A stretch of 64,000 nucleotides of DNA. Origin: a virus. Shown here one piece after another: positions 18,929 to 27,062 of the stretch. Made by a program: the position numbers and the translations under genes. The DNA lies in IMG/VR virus record IMGVR_UViG_3300045141_000181, positions 8,813-72,812 of that record. One strand, 5' to 3'. Below the pieces are notes generated by a model. The model did not search any database and had not been told where the DNA came from. It worked only from the letters and a program-made list of their open reading frames with translations. The stretch's first letter is position 1; the number at the start of each line of letters is the position of its first letter.

Positions 18929-19114
18929 ATGGATGCCGAGCTCAACGCTGTTTTAGCGGATCAAGGGGTCCTTCCCCTGGACAAGATGAAGTTGGCTCGC
19001 CAGATTGTAGAGAAAGATCCACGCACCGTAATGCTTCGCGATTCTCTTTCACAAATTCAGGACTTCCAATCCATCGAAGATATTTTAAGGAATTTTCAAG
19101 GGCCGATCCAATAG
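18929..19114 (+). CDS. Hypothetical protein, antisense cassette
   Basis: Preceded by extended -10-like TGGTAATAA 6 nt before the ATG. Confidence 0.5.
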   Translation: MDAELNAVLADQGVLPLDKMKLARQIVEKDPRTVMLRDSLSQIQDFQSIEDILRNFQGPIQ

Positions 19115-19132
19115 CCCTTCGTGTTTCTAAAT

Positions 19133-19351
19133 TCACGCACAATTCTCCCTTTTCCCGGCCCGCTCATCCTGTCCATGCTCATCGGGAATCTTGCATGAAC
19201 CGCTTTTCTTACGTCCGGTCGCCCACATTGCACATACTTTCAGCACCGCTATCTGTTGCTTGAATGTTCCGCTCTCCCAGTACACCTCCAGCAACTTGGC
19301 CCCATCGAATCCCGGATATGCCAACTCAATCGCTTCAACCATCGGATCCAT
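19133..19351 (-). CDS. Hypothetical protein
   Basis: AAGGAGAG RBS upstream of ATG. Confidence 0.5.
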   Translation of the reverse strand: MDPMVEAIELAYPGFDGAKLLEVYWESGTFKQQIAVLKVCAMWATGRKKSGSCKIPDEHGQDERAGKRENCA

Positions 19352-19595
19352 TTAACTCTCTCCTTTGGGAATCACAGCGCCCGCGTGTGAGTTTTAGGCC
19401 CATGGCCCGGAGTTTTAAGTACCTAACGATTTCGGGTATGGGGGTGGGTGCCGGGTCCTTCTGAAAAAGAATTACTTGCTCGCCCTAGCGCACTAGAATC
19501 AGCGCTGTCCTGCCTCAACATTGGGACATCGTTGGTACATCTTCTTTGCTCTCAACACTTTCGTTGCATGTGCATCTGATTAGGAATCCGATGTA

Positions 19596-20159
19596 CTAGC
19601 GTTTCGGTAGCGCAATGTCGATTGTCTGATACGCTGCAGGCTCTGTAAGGTCTGCTGTAAGGCTTTGTAAGGTTTGCGGTTGCGAAGCGGGATAAACGAT
19701 CTGTATTGCCACGCTGTTGTTTGCAACGCTCTCCAGCTCGCCAGTCGCGCGTCCCAGGATCTCACAGTTCTTATGTGCTTGATTTATAAGGGGTGCAAGT
19801 AAGTGAATGTCGCCATCCGCCTTCGCCTTCTCGATCGACTCATCGGTTACGCCCCAAAGTTTTTCAACTCTTTCCCTGAAGGGCGACGACTTCACGATAT
19901 CCCTTGTAAGGCTTGTTTGTTCTGCAACCCTTACAGCGTTAGGTTTCGTAACTCCTTGCAGCGCTTGGACTTTCTGAGCGGTGAGAATTGCTGGGAGCAG
20001 AACCTTTGTCTTATACTCGCCAACCTGCTGAGCGCTGATTCCGACCAGTTTCGCAACTTTGCGCAACGGCTGACCCGCAAGAAGTGCGTCAACCACTTTA
20101 GATCGTTGCACTTCCGGGAGATTATCAATGACGGATCTGGATGTTTTAACGGCAGGCAT
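19596..20159 (-). CDS. Putative terminase small subunit
   Basis: N-terminal HTH (LRKVAKLVGISAQQV), helical core and C-terminal beta strand; upstream of terL and next to an HNH gene. Confidence 0.6.
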   Translation of the reverse strand: MPAVKTSRSVIDNLPEVQRSKVVDALLAGQPLRKVAKLVGISAQQVGEYKTKVLLPAILTAQKVQALQGVTKPNAVRVAEQTSLTRDIVKSSPFRERVEKLWGVTDESIEKAKADGDIHLLAPLINQAHKNCEILGRATGELESVANNSVAIQIVYPASQPQTLQSLTADLTEPAAYQTIDIALPKR

Positions 20160-20169
20160 GTCAGGGCTT

Positions 20170-20225
20170 TGTAAGGGCTTATAAGGTTTATGTAAGGTTT
20201 ATGTAAGGTTTGGGGTTGAATAAGG
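20170..20225. repeat. Phased (TG)TAAGG repeats upstream of putative terS
   Basis: tgtaagggctt ataaggttta tgtaaggttt atgtaaggtt, ~11-bp period; three more TGTAAGG copies at 19644-19672. Confidence 0.75.
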
Positions 20226-20308
20226 CTCACCCTTGCCAGGGGTGTCGCGCACTTTCTTAGGGTGCGGCCGGTGTCTGTGCGGCTGGCTTGACGCGCAACG
20301 CGTCGGCC

Positions 20309-20884
20309 CTAACGATCCCGCACAACGCCATTTGCCCGAATGATTCCGCTTTGTATCGCGTTTCCAGAGAGGTGCTGGCTCCTGGCTTCATTCTTCGGGC
20401 CGACCATCCCAGCTAGTGCTGGCATATGGTCACCGGTGCGACCTTGCGACCGTTCTACTTTTTTGCGCTCCAAACGCTGGCGCTTTGCCTTCTTGACGGC
20501 CTTGATTTCTTTTGCGGCGCTCGGGATTCCGTGGTAAGCGCGATGGCAGTCATCGCACGTCACAACCACGTCCGTAGGCAGTTCTTTGCCGAGGCGCTCG
20601 TAGGTCAAATGATGAATCTGTGGATGCTTGGTGTACGCTTTGCACACTTCGCACGCAGAGCCACGTTGCGCGAGCGTATTCATGCGGAATATGCGCCATT
20701 CGGCTGAGCGCAGATACGTTTTGTATTTGCTCTCTTTGGGCCTGAATTGTTCAGCACGCTTGCGTTTGGCCGCTTTTCGCTCGGTTGGCGTCAGTGACGT
20801 ATGAGTCGCGTATTCCAGCGACATCGCGCGCAGTTTCATCATCTTACGCGCACGCTCACGGACTAATTTATTCGGTTGCGGCAT
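20309..20884 (-). CDS. HNH endonuclease (packaging-region type)
   Basis: YLRSAEW...CEVC...IHHLTY...CDDCH motif. Confidence 0.85.
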   Translation of the reverse strand: MPQPNKLVRERARKMMKLRAMSLEYATHTSLTPTERKAAKRKRAEQFRPKESKYKTYLRSAEWRIFRMNTLAQRGSACEVCKAYTKHPQIHHLTYERLGKELPTDVVVTCDDCHRAYHGIPSAAKEIKAVKKAKRQRLERKKVERSQGRTGDHMPALAGMVGPKNEARSQHLSGNAIQSGIIRANGVVRDR

Positions 20885-20911
20885 TAGCCCAAATCTTTTT
20901 TCACTTTGTTC

Positions 20912-20946
20912 TTGACTTAAGCAGCTAGCAGCTTTAGTATTGAGCC
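20912..20946 (+). promoter_or_regulatory. Sigma70-type promoter for leaderless transcript (cassette 1)
   Basis: TTGACT-N17-TAGTAT-N6-ATG. Confidence 0.75.
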
Positions 20947-21180
20947 ATGGAACATATAGCAGATCGGATCAAGGCGCACTTGGCAGCCGATCCGAACAAT
21001 GTGATCGTGGTGGCCACGTATACGAAGGCTTGGCAGATCCAGCAGAAGGACATCGATAAATTCGCCAAACGCGGTTATGAGCTAATCAGCAAGCGTGACG
21101 GCGAATCCGGATTCTACATGCAGCAGGGTAAATCCAAGGTCTATTGCACTGGCGGTGTTCGCTTCGGAGCTTACCGCTAA
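20947..21180 (+). CDS. Hypothetical protein (cassette 1)
   Basis: ATG immediately after the promoter. Confidence 0.7.
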   Translation: MEHIADRIKAHLAADPNNVIVVATYTKAWQIQQKDIDKFAKRGYELISKRDGESGFYMQQGKSKVYCTGGVRFGAYR

Positions 21181-21194
21181 ACCGGGAGCCTAAC

Positions 21195-21365
21195 ATGCCA
21201 CTCAGCCAAATCCTAGAAGCTATCAACGATTGCCACTTAAGCCAGGAGGAACTGCGCGATGTTTACTCGGCAGTCACTCAACGATTGGCCCAGAACGAAA
21301 CGCAAGAAATGGAATTCGACCCAGACGAAAATTATTTTGCATTAGCTCTTGACATAACCAGCTAG
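21195..21365 (+). CDS. Small acidic hypothetical protein
   Basis: GGGAG RBS, start MPLSQIL. Confidence 0.55.
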   Translation: MPLSQILEAINDCHLSQEELRDVYSAVTQRLAQNETQEMEFDPDENYFALALDITS

Positions 21366-21383
21366 CAGGTTTAATATAAGGAC
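21349..21383 (+). promoter_or_regulatory. Sigma70-type promoter for leaderless transcript (cassette 2)
   Basis: TTGACA-N17-TAATAT-N6-ATG. Confidence 0.8.
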
Positions 21384-21602
21384 ATGAGCAAAACGACAGT
21401 ATGCCCAGAGAATCTAAAACAGCTAGCTAGGAATGTAGGGTTAAGAGCAAAGTCTAGCGATGGCCAGATAGTTATCTATGCGGACGGAAAGCAAATTTGG
21501 AATTTCACAATCCAGGAAGCCCTTAGCACTATTGAAGCTTATGCTGGAAGCCATGAGAACTATGAGATGGCGCTTAAAAATTATAAGGCATTATCCGCAT
21601 AG
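21384..21602 (+). CDS. Hypothetical protein (cassette 2)
   Basis: AT-rich ORF right after the promoter. Confidence 0.65.
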   Translation: MSKTTVCPENLKQLARNVGLRAKSSDGQIVIYADGKQIWNFTIQEALSTIEAYAGSHENYEMALKNYKALSA

Positions 21603-21611
21603 GAGCATGAC

Positions 21612-21815
21612 ATGTTTACAAACGAAACCATCGAACAATATCGGCCAGCCGTTGAGCTATTTGCCGATGCATTCGGCAGACCGGAAGCAGTTCTGTTGAA
21701 CTTTGAGACCGGCGAACTTACCGCCATCGAGGATATGCGGTGCTTGCCTGAATTGCGCTATTCGATTCGCGCGGAGTACATCTACAGTACTCCGTGGTCT
21801 GGAGGTGCTGTTTGA
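21612..21815 (+). CDS. Hypothetical protein
   Basis: AGGAG RBS. Confidence 0.6.
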   Translation: MFTNETIEQYRPAVELFADAFGRPEAVLLNFETGELTAIEDMRCLPELRYSIRAEYIYSTPWSGGAV

Positions 21816-22009
21816 CATCCTACAAACCAGTCTGGGATCTAACCACGATCCCAGATCCCCAATTCAATTCCGAACACGCGCGCCGCAATAGCGCGAAGCG
21901 CAAGACCCATTCCGGGGGCAAGGACGGCAGGCCGCGAACCGATGCGCCTAGATGCGCTTGTGGGCTCATGACGGCTAGATTGGCTACAATCCGTAAGCAT
22001 ATCTGTTAG
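21812..22009 (+). CDS. Small basic Cys/His protein, putative DNA-binding regulator
   Basis: GGAGG RBS with TTG start; GRP AT-hook-like motif and CxC...HxC. Confidence 0.5.
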   Translation: MTSYKPVWDLTTIPDPQFNSEHARRNSAKRKTHSGGKDGRPRTDAPRCACGLMTARLATIRKHIC

Positions 22010-22179
22010 GCGCTAGCGCTCTTCGCCTTCTCAAACCCGCGCAATTGCAGGAACTTAGCGATCGATCCGTTTGGCTGAACTAGAATGTCCAATTCCTCAA
22101 GAATGCCCGCAAGATCCGACACTTGCTTTTCCAGGCTTCTCACTTTGGCTTCGAGGTCGGCTTTTGTGTCGACAGCCAC
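22006..22179 (-). CDS. Small coiled-coil protein (57 aa; below ORF-track cutoff)
   Basis: GTG start, MAVDTKADLEAKVRSLEKQVSDLAGILEEL; fills the gap between two plus-strand cassettes. Confidence 0.45.
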   Translation of the reverse strand: MAVDTKADLEAKVRSLEKQVSDLAGILEELDILVQPNGSIAKFLQLRGFEKAKSASA

Positions 22180-22201
22180 AAAAATAAATCCATTTTTCTT
22201 C

Positions 22202-22236
22202 TTGACTCTCTACATGCACGCATGTAATATTGAGAC
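22202..22236 (+). promoter_or_regulatory. Sigma70-type promoter for leaderless transcript (cassette 3)
   Basis: TTGACT-N17-TAATAT-N6-ATG with palindrome TACATGC-ac-GCATGTA. Confidence 0.8.
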
Positions 22237-22527
22237 ATGGAAACGAAACCGGCTTCTAAAGTTTTCTCAGAGATTCGGCGGTTGCTTGCTTCCGCTAACT
22301 CGCGGGCTAATGGGCTGTACGTCTACTTGTCTACCAACCAAGAACGAGACCTCTTGAGGTTGGTGAGCGATGCCAGATTCCGGGGTGGCCTACAGACTCA
22401 TTCCGAATATCGTGGCTCCTCAAGAGCGTTGCTGATCGGGCGCAACCAATACTCTATCGTTGACGGATGCCTTATGGACATGCTGGAAGAGTCTAGGCGC
22501 ATCGCATCGGAGGCGGAAAATGTCTAA
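22237..22527 (+). CDS. Hypothetical protein (cassette 3)
   Basis: ATG right after the promoter. Confidence 0.65.
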   Translation: METKPASKVFSEIRRLLASANSRANGLYVYLSTNQERDLLRLVSDARFRGGLQTHSEYRGSSRALLIGRNQYSIVDGCLMDMLEESRRIASEAENV

Positions 22528-23020
22528 CCGGATCGACTGGAACGCGCTGGAGGGAGTCGCAAAACGAATCCATGAACTCAATAAAATCAACGATGCGGCC
22601 TCACACTTGCGAGTAGCGCTCTCGCAAGTAATTCCACAAGATGACCGGGTGATTATCGGACATATAGAAGCGGCATTGCACGCGCTGGAGTCGTGCCATT
22701 TGGCCGATGACGAACCATCGAAAGATCCGCCCATGAGACGCAACCTACCCACCGATCCAGCTTGGACTTGTCCGCCATGTAAAACGACCAACCTGCCAGA
22801 CGCCGAGAACTGCCGGGTGTGTGGCTATCCAACTCACGATTTAACCACCGTACCGGACGAACAACTATACTCCGAAACGCAGCGTAGGCGAGCGCTAAAG
22901 CGTTCGTATCAACTGAAAACATCCAAGAGCGAGACAGTGAACGAATCCCGTCGCAAGAAACGTGAGGCGATGCGCAAGTATCGGGAAAAGCTGAAGTCAA
23001 GGCTTCTTAGTGCTCACTAG
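22520..23020 (+). CDS. Protein with RanBP2-type zinc finger and basic tail
   Basis: WTCPPCKTTNLPDAENCRVC = W-x-C-x2-C-x3-N-x6-C-x2-C; start revised after GGAGG. Confidence 0.6.
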   Translation: MSNRIDWNALEGVAKRIHELNKINDAASHLRVALSQVIPQDDRVIIGHIEAALHALESCHLADDEPSKDPPMRRNLPTDPAWTCPPCKTTNLPDAENCRVCGYPTHDLTTVPDEQLYSETQRRRALKRSYQLKTSKSETVNESRRKKREAMRKYREKLKSRLLSAH

Positions 23021-23167
23021 CCATTGGTGCGTCGCAATCCCGTACACACCGCGCAAGTAATCGCGGGCAAACGCTTTGAATTGCTTCCAGTTGAGCGGCA
23101 TGACGGTTTGATTCTTGGCGATTGCGGATGTTTTGGTCAGATAGAACGTCTGCGCGGGCTGCGTCAT
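22997..23167 (-). CDS. Hypothetical protein
   Basis: ATGA overlap with the LuxR-like gene. Confidence 0.45.
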   Translation of the reverse strand: MTQPAQTFYLTKTSAIAKNQTVMPLNWKQFKAFARDYLRGVYGIATHQWLVSTKKP

Positions 23168-23382
23168 TGCGTGCGCAGCCAAACGCGGAACTGAGTGCCT
23201 TTGGGGAACTGAATCACCCGACGAATCGTGCGCACGTGATTCTTGACGCTCTGCTCCGTGATGCTCAGCTCTTCGGCCGTATCGCTGTTGCGATAGCCGC
23301 TCAGGATACAGTCCAGCACTTCGTTCTCGCGCGCGGAGAGTAGTGGACGCTTATCGGCCAATACCTCAAGCCTCGCGACCAT
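23164..23382 (-). CDS. LuxR-type HTH DNA-binding protein (stand-alone)
   Basis: LSARENEVL..ILSGYRNSDTAEELSITEQSVKNHV motif. Confidence 0.85.
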   Translation of the reverse strand: MVARLEVLADKRPLLSARENEVLDCILSGYRNSDTAEELSITEQSVKNHVRTIRRVIQFPKGTQFRVWLRTQ

Positions 23383-23750
23383 CAGACGAACTCCCACTCA
23401 ACATCGGTGTTGTCTTTCATCTCCAGCCAATCCCAAACCAGTTGCCCGAGGTCGATGCCGGCGCCGTTTGTGGTGTGGGCTTCGATCGGCTGGTTGTACA
23501 TCTTGCGCTGATTGCTTTCAGACAACGGCCGCGCACCACGCAGCACATATTCGTCATCCTGCTCAGACCACGGGCCGGTGTCCAACACTTCGGCCTGTAT
23601 TACCTTACCGTTCAATGGGTTGCGAACACGTACCCAACGCTTCTTGACTGCCACAGATGGCAGCGCTACAAACGCGCGCTCATTGCTGATTGGCCAACCG
23701 GTTGAGGTCTGGCCGCCCTCGAGACCTTCTCTCGTGGCCTTAACGATCAT
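23382..23750 (-). CDS. RlpA-like double-psi beta-barrel protein, candidate endolysin/lytic transglycosylase
   Basis: VALP...VRVRNPLNGK...VLDTGPW...GIDL pattern; next to a holin-like gene. Confidence 0.6.
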   Translation of the reverse strand: MIVKATREGLEGGQTSTGWPISNERAFVALPSVAVKKRWVRVRNPLNGKVIQAEVLDTGPWSEQDDEYVLRGARPLSESNQRKMYNQPIEAHTTNGAGIDLGQLVWDWLEMKDNTDVEWEFV

Positions 23751-24025
23751 TTGGGAGGCTCAACCGTGGTGGATTGCACTGCGGGCTGATTCGGTGGTGG
23801 CTGCCAACGCTTGTACAGCGACAGCACAGCTCCACCGATGGCGATAGCGGAGAGCCGATGGAAATCAATCTTGTTCAGCTCGATCTTGCCTTTGGACAGA
23901 TCCACAGCTTGCACGTAGATATCGCCCAGCGCACCAACTGCGCCGCCGACGGCAATACTAAACGTTGATTTCAGCCAAACCTGCCATGACGGCGGGAGTT
24001 CAATGGAAATCAGCTTAAGAGCCAT
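23747..24025 (-). CDS. Putative holin (two hydrophobic segments)
   Basis: 92 aa, two TM-like helices, coupled to the candidate endolysin. Confidence 0.55.
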   Translation of the reverse strand: MALKLISIELPPSWQVWLKSTFSIAVGGAVGALGDIYVQAVDLSKGKIELNKIDFHRLSAIAIGGAVLSLYKRWQPPPNQPAVQSTTVEPPK

Positions 24026-24069
24026 AGCAACAGCCTGAAGAACGGATCGTATAGAATCGGCGGAAGCGT

Positions 24070-24342
24070 TTAGTTCTCCGCAGCCTTAGCCTGCCTGCGC
24101 TTCACTTTGGCCGCTTCGTAATCCCAGACCTTTTGCGCGAGAAAGTCGTTTTTCACGTGCAACTGATCGCAAGCCGTCTTTTCGTGCTTCAGTTCTGCCC
24201 GGGCGACTTCCAGATCAAAATCTAGCTTCGTGATGCGCTTTTCGAGAATCCGGCCGGTAATCGTCCATGCAATGGCGGCTCCCAGCGTCGCGCCGGATGC
24301 GGCACCCCAGAACACCGGAATGGCATGTGCTAACGGTCCCAT
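24070..24342 (-). CDS. Membrane-anchored coiled-coil protein (start uncertain)
   Basis: N-terminal TM segment followed by heptad repeats. Confidence 0.5.
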   Translation of the reverse strand: MGPLAHAIPVFWGAASGATLGAAIAWTITGRILEKRITKLDFDLEVARAELKHEKTACDQLHVKNDFLAQKVWDYEAAKVKRRQAKAAEN

Positions 24343-24716
24343 CCGTCCGCGCGGCCCCATTCCAAGCCTGGTTCCAGCACGGCCGCCTTCGTTGTGCGCC
24401 AGCACTCTTGCCATTTGGAGGGCCTGGATTCTAGCCGTATCCATTTGACACGCTTGGACTTCCAGCAAATCGTGTACTCGTTACGGCGCAGCCGTACAAT
24501 AGCTTGGCGCGGTTCGATTGATAGGCTTGAGCCATCCAGCAGGAGCTTCACCTTGGGATGGTCAGGGCGCTCTAGAAGCGCAATCGCCTGCTCTGCTTTG
24601 TAGGACACGTGGAAGGGAATCAAAAGGGTTCGCGATGGAACCCGGCACGCGATCAGATTGGCCCCTGAGCGAATACTTCCTTTGGGCGGCAAAGCGCGGG
24701 GTAGGCGCTCTCGCAA
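24330..24716 (-). CDS. Hypothetical protein, first gene of leftward late unit
   Basis: ORF position only; start uncertain. Confidence 0.4.
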   Translation of the reverse strand: MRERLPRALPPKGSIRSGANLIACRVPSRTLLIPFHVSYKAEQAIALLERPDHPKVKLLLDGSSLSIEPRQAIVRLRRNEYTICWKSKRVKWIRLESRPSKWQECWRTTKAAVLEPGLEWGRADGWDR

Positions 24717-24848
24717 CGCTTCACCCCGCCTTGTTCAAATGCTTTGTTGTTTGTAGGGTATAGTACTTTCCCTACGTAGTAAATAGCGTAGGCGGGGCTA
24801 CTGTGGAAAGCCTGTTAAAAGTATTTACCGCTTTACCGAAGATTTCTC

Positions 24849-24883
24849 TTGCAATGTGGTAGGCATGCCTATATAGTTATGAC
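24849..24883 (+). promoter_or_regulatory. Sigma70-type promoter for leaderless transcript (cassette 4)
   Basis: TTGCAA-N17-TATAGT-N6-ATG with perfect palindrome TAGGCATGCCTA; TTTACCGCTTTACCG just upstream. Confidence 0.75.
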
Positions 24884-25153
24884 ATGAGGATTGAAGCGAA
24901 AAACCTAAAAGGAATCCTAAGAACTCGTCGCACTTACGATGTGAGAGTAGATTCCAAAACTGGTCAGAAATCTGAAGTATCGCCGCTTGAATGTACGTGC
25001 TGCCACAAGCAGATTTACATTGTCTCCGAATTGGAGAATGGGGATCTTGTCGGCTCTGAATGCCAAGGGCTTCTTTCGATTCCGGTATATCGCCTAGGTC
25101 GCACATTGACCACTAAACAAGCCGCTTACGCGGGAGCGCGGGGATTGCTATGA
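24884..25153 (+). CDS. Hypothetical zinc-binding protein (cassette 4)
   Basis: CTCCHK...VGSEC motif. Confidence 0.65.
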   Translation: MRIEAKNLKGILRTRRTYDVRVDSKTGQKSEVSPLECTCCHKQIYIVSELENGDLVGSECQGLLSIPVYRLGRTLTTKQAAYAGARGLL

Positions 25154-25323
25154 CGCTGAGGCTTAAATGTCTACGGTGTGGCCATGAATGGCTGAGGCGC
25201 AATCTTGATAAGCTACCTGCGAATTGCCCAAACCGTGAATGCAACTCGCCGTACTGGAACAAGGAAAGAAAGCTCGCCGCGATTCGGAAGCACAAATGCA
25301 ACGCAGAGGAAGGAACAAAATGA
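25150..25323 (+). CDS. Small zinc-ribbon protein (57 aa; below ORF-track cutoff)
   Basis: MTLRLKCLRCGHEWLRRNLDKLPANCPNRECNSPYWNK; ATGA overlaps at both ends. Confidence 0.7.
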   Translation: MTLRLKCLRCGHEWLRRNLDKLPANCPNRECNSPYWNKERKLAAIRKHKCNAEEGTK

Positions 25324-25553
25324 AAAAAACCGCAGTGGAAATACGCTCTGAAGTATATCTTGCCAATCAGATAGTCGACTTGGAGGATGAGAACAAACGG
25401 CTGCGGAATGAGATCGCGCGGAAGGATGAGATTATCCGGCTAATGTGGAACGGAAACGACTACTTTTTATCGCTAGAGATAGCGGAGCGCAACGCACGAG
25501 AGGCAATTGAGCGTACATTATCCGCAGACCAGAAGAACGCGCCATTCGACTAG
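25320..25553 (+). CDS. Coiled-coil hypothetical protein
   Basis: Start revised to MKKTAVE (ATGA overlap). Confidence 0.6.
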   Translation: MKKTAVEIRSEVYLANQIVDLEDENKRLRNEIARKDEIIRLMWNGNDYFLSLEIAERNAREAIERTLSADQKNAPFD

Positions 25554-25635
25554 GGATATGCGGACCGCTGGCGTGTGCAATCGCTTCGCCAGCGGCCTTC
25601 AGATCCAAAAGATCGAGAAGGGGAATAGAGAGTAA

Positions 25636-25833
25636 ATGAAAAAACTATTGGTTGTGGTAGCGGTTTCCGCCTTGACAACGTTCGCCGCCACCACACCCGT
25701 ACAGGCTACCCGTGTTATCGAAAAGCCTGTCGTTCATGCTATCACCGTCAACGTGAAGCAGGAGTTGCCAGTCCAGACGAGCCAAAGTATTTGGGGAGAC
25801 CTCCAAGCGCTTGCTGGCTTCTTCTCGTTGTAG
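25636..25833 (+). CDS. Small secreted/membrane peptide
   Basis: Signal peptide MKKLLVVVAVSALTTFA; flanked by hairpins. Confidence 0.65.
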   Translation: MKKLLVVVAVSALTTFAATTPVQATRVIEKPVVHAITVNVKQELPVQTSQSIWGDLQALAGFFSL

Positions 25834-26019
25834 ATAGGAGCGTGCCGGGAGCCCCGACTGTGGGCTCCCGGTTCCCAACTTTAACCCTTAATTCTCCGAT
25901 TTTATGTTAAATGCACGCTTGTATTGCCAGATTGTTACGGCTATACTACGCGCAATTCAGCCCCGCCTATTGCGACCGGGCTATGTAGTCTCCCTAAACC
26001 GAACCAATCGGAGGTTCTC

Positions 26020-26823
26020 ATGAAATTCCCTACATTTGTTCTCATCGCAGTATCCCCGCTTTTCGCCTCGCCCATCATCACCAACAGTGTCACGTGCGGC
26101 GCAACCGGATTTCAATCAACCACAGGCACAACGTTCTGCGAAGCAGGCTTGGCGTCTAGTCCTATATCGCCGCAATACAACCCGCCGTACGGTACGGCAT
26201 CCAGTTCGGCAAGCGTACAACTGCAGCAGCAAGCCAGCGATCAACTGGTTATCAATATCCTAAGCAGCGCAACGTCAAGAGACGGCCTGTCTTGGTATCA
26301 GACGCAAGGGCAGTATTTGGATCGCGCCATCTCAGCTCCAGGCTTCGCGGCGGCCGAGACAACTCTTCACATTGATCTATCCACGGATGGCCCGCAACGT
26401 CAGGGCATCTTCACCATGCAAGTAACCCCGATCTGGCAGGGCGGATTTGGCGATACGAGCGCAATGGCCACTTTCAGCATCGGATCGCATCACTACACCT
26501 GTGCTGGCGCTGGCTCATCTTCGCCCAACTGCGACACGCCTGGGATATTCTCGACTGATCCGCTCACGCTCATGTTGGGAACGTCATTCACATTCGATAG
26601 CGATGTTAAATTCTCGAACGAAGCGGATAATGGCAACCAGAACGGCTTCGCGGGCCTATTGCTTAAGTTCAATTTTTACGAAGCAGACGGCATTACGCCA
26701 GTGCTCGCGATTGATCCGCCTGATTCAGTGCCCGAGCCCGCCACGTGGGGGTTCATGGGATTGGCTAGCCTCGGCTGCGCCATTCATGCGTGGCGAAAGA
26801 GCGAAGGAAGGGGGAAGGGATGA
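26020..26823 (+). CDS. PEP-CTERM sorting-domain surface protein
   Basis: Signal peptide MKFPTFVLIAVSPLFA; C-terminal VPEPATW + TM helix + basic tail. Confidence 0.9.
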   Translation: MKFPTFVLIAVSPLFASPIITNSVTCGATGFQSTTGTTFCEAGLASSPISPQYNPPYGTASSSASVQLQQQASDQLVINILSSATSRDGLSWYQTQGQYLDRAISAPGFAAAETTLHIDLSTDGPQRQGIFTMQVTPIWQGGFGDTSAMATFSIGSHHYTCAGAGSSSPNCDTPGIFSTDPLTLMLGTSFTFDSDVKFSNEADNGNQNGFAGLLLKFNFYEADGITPVLAIDPPDSVPEPATWGFMGLASLGCAIHAWRKSEGRGKG

Positions 26824-27062
26824 GCTTAGAAGAATTTCGATCAAACCTCGACGATCTCTACACGATCACTCTAGCTTCTGATTCTCACACCATGACTAGA
26901 CTAACCGCACATATTGAAATAAGCGAAGCGTGCGGCGTACAGTCTACGTTCTACCGCATAAAAGGACCGGAAGCCAATCTTAGGACGCAAAGCATAGCAG
27001 AAGCTACCAGAGCTTACTATGGTCTAGTCTACGCCGCGAAGGAAGGAGCGAAGGGGAGATGA
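26820..27062 (+). CDS. Hypothetical protein
   Basis: ATGA-coupled. Confidence 0.55.
   Translation: MSLEEFRSNLDDLYTITLASDSHTMTRLTAHIEISEACGVQSTFYRIKGPEANLRTQSIAEATRAYYGLVYAAKEGAKGR

Noticed and set aside
19453-19459. Lambda cosQ-identical GGGTCCT as proof of cos packaging
   Set aside because: A 7-mer is not significant, and the portal/terminase look P22-like rather than lambda-like.
19517-19528. 12-bp match AACATTGGGACA to the attP arm region (51592-51603)
   Set aside because: Many 12-mer matches are expected by chance in 64 kb, and there is no supporting context.
20170-20225. CRISPR array (also considered for 33493-33515)
   Set aside because: Repeats are 5-11 bp without unique spacers, and there are no cas genes.
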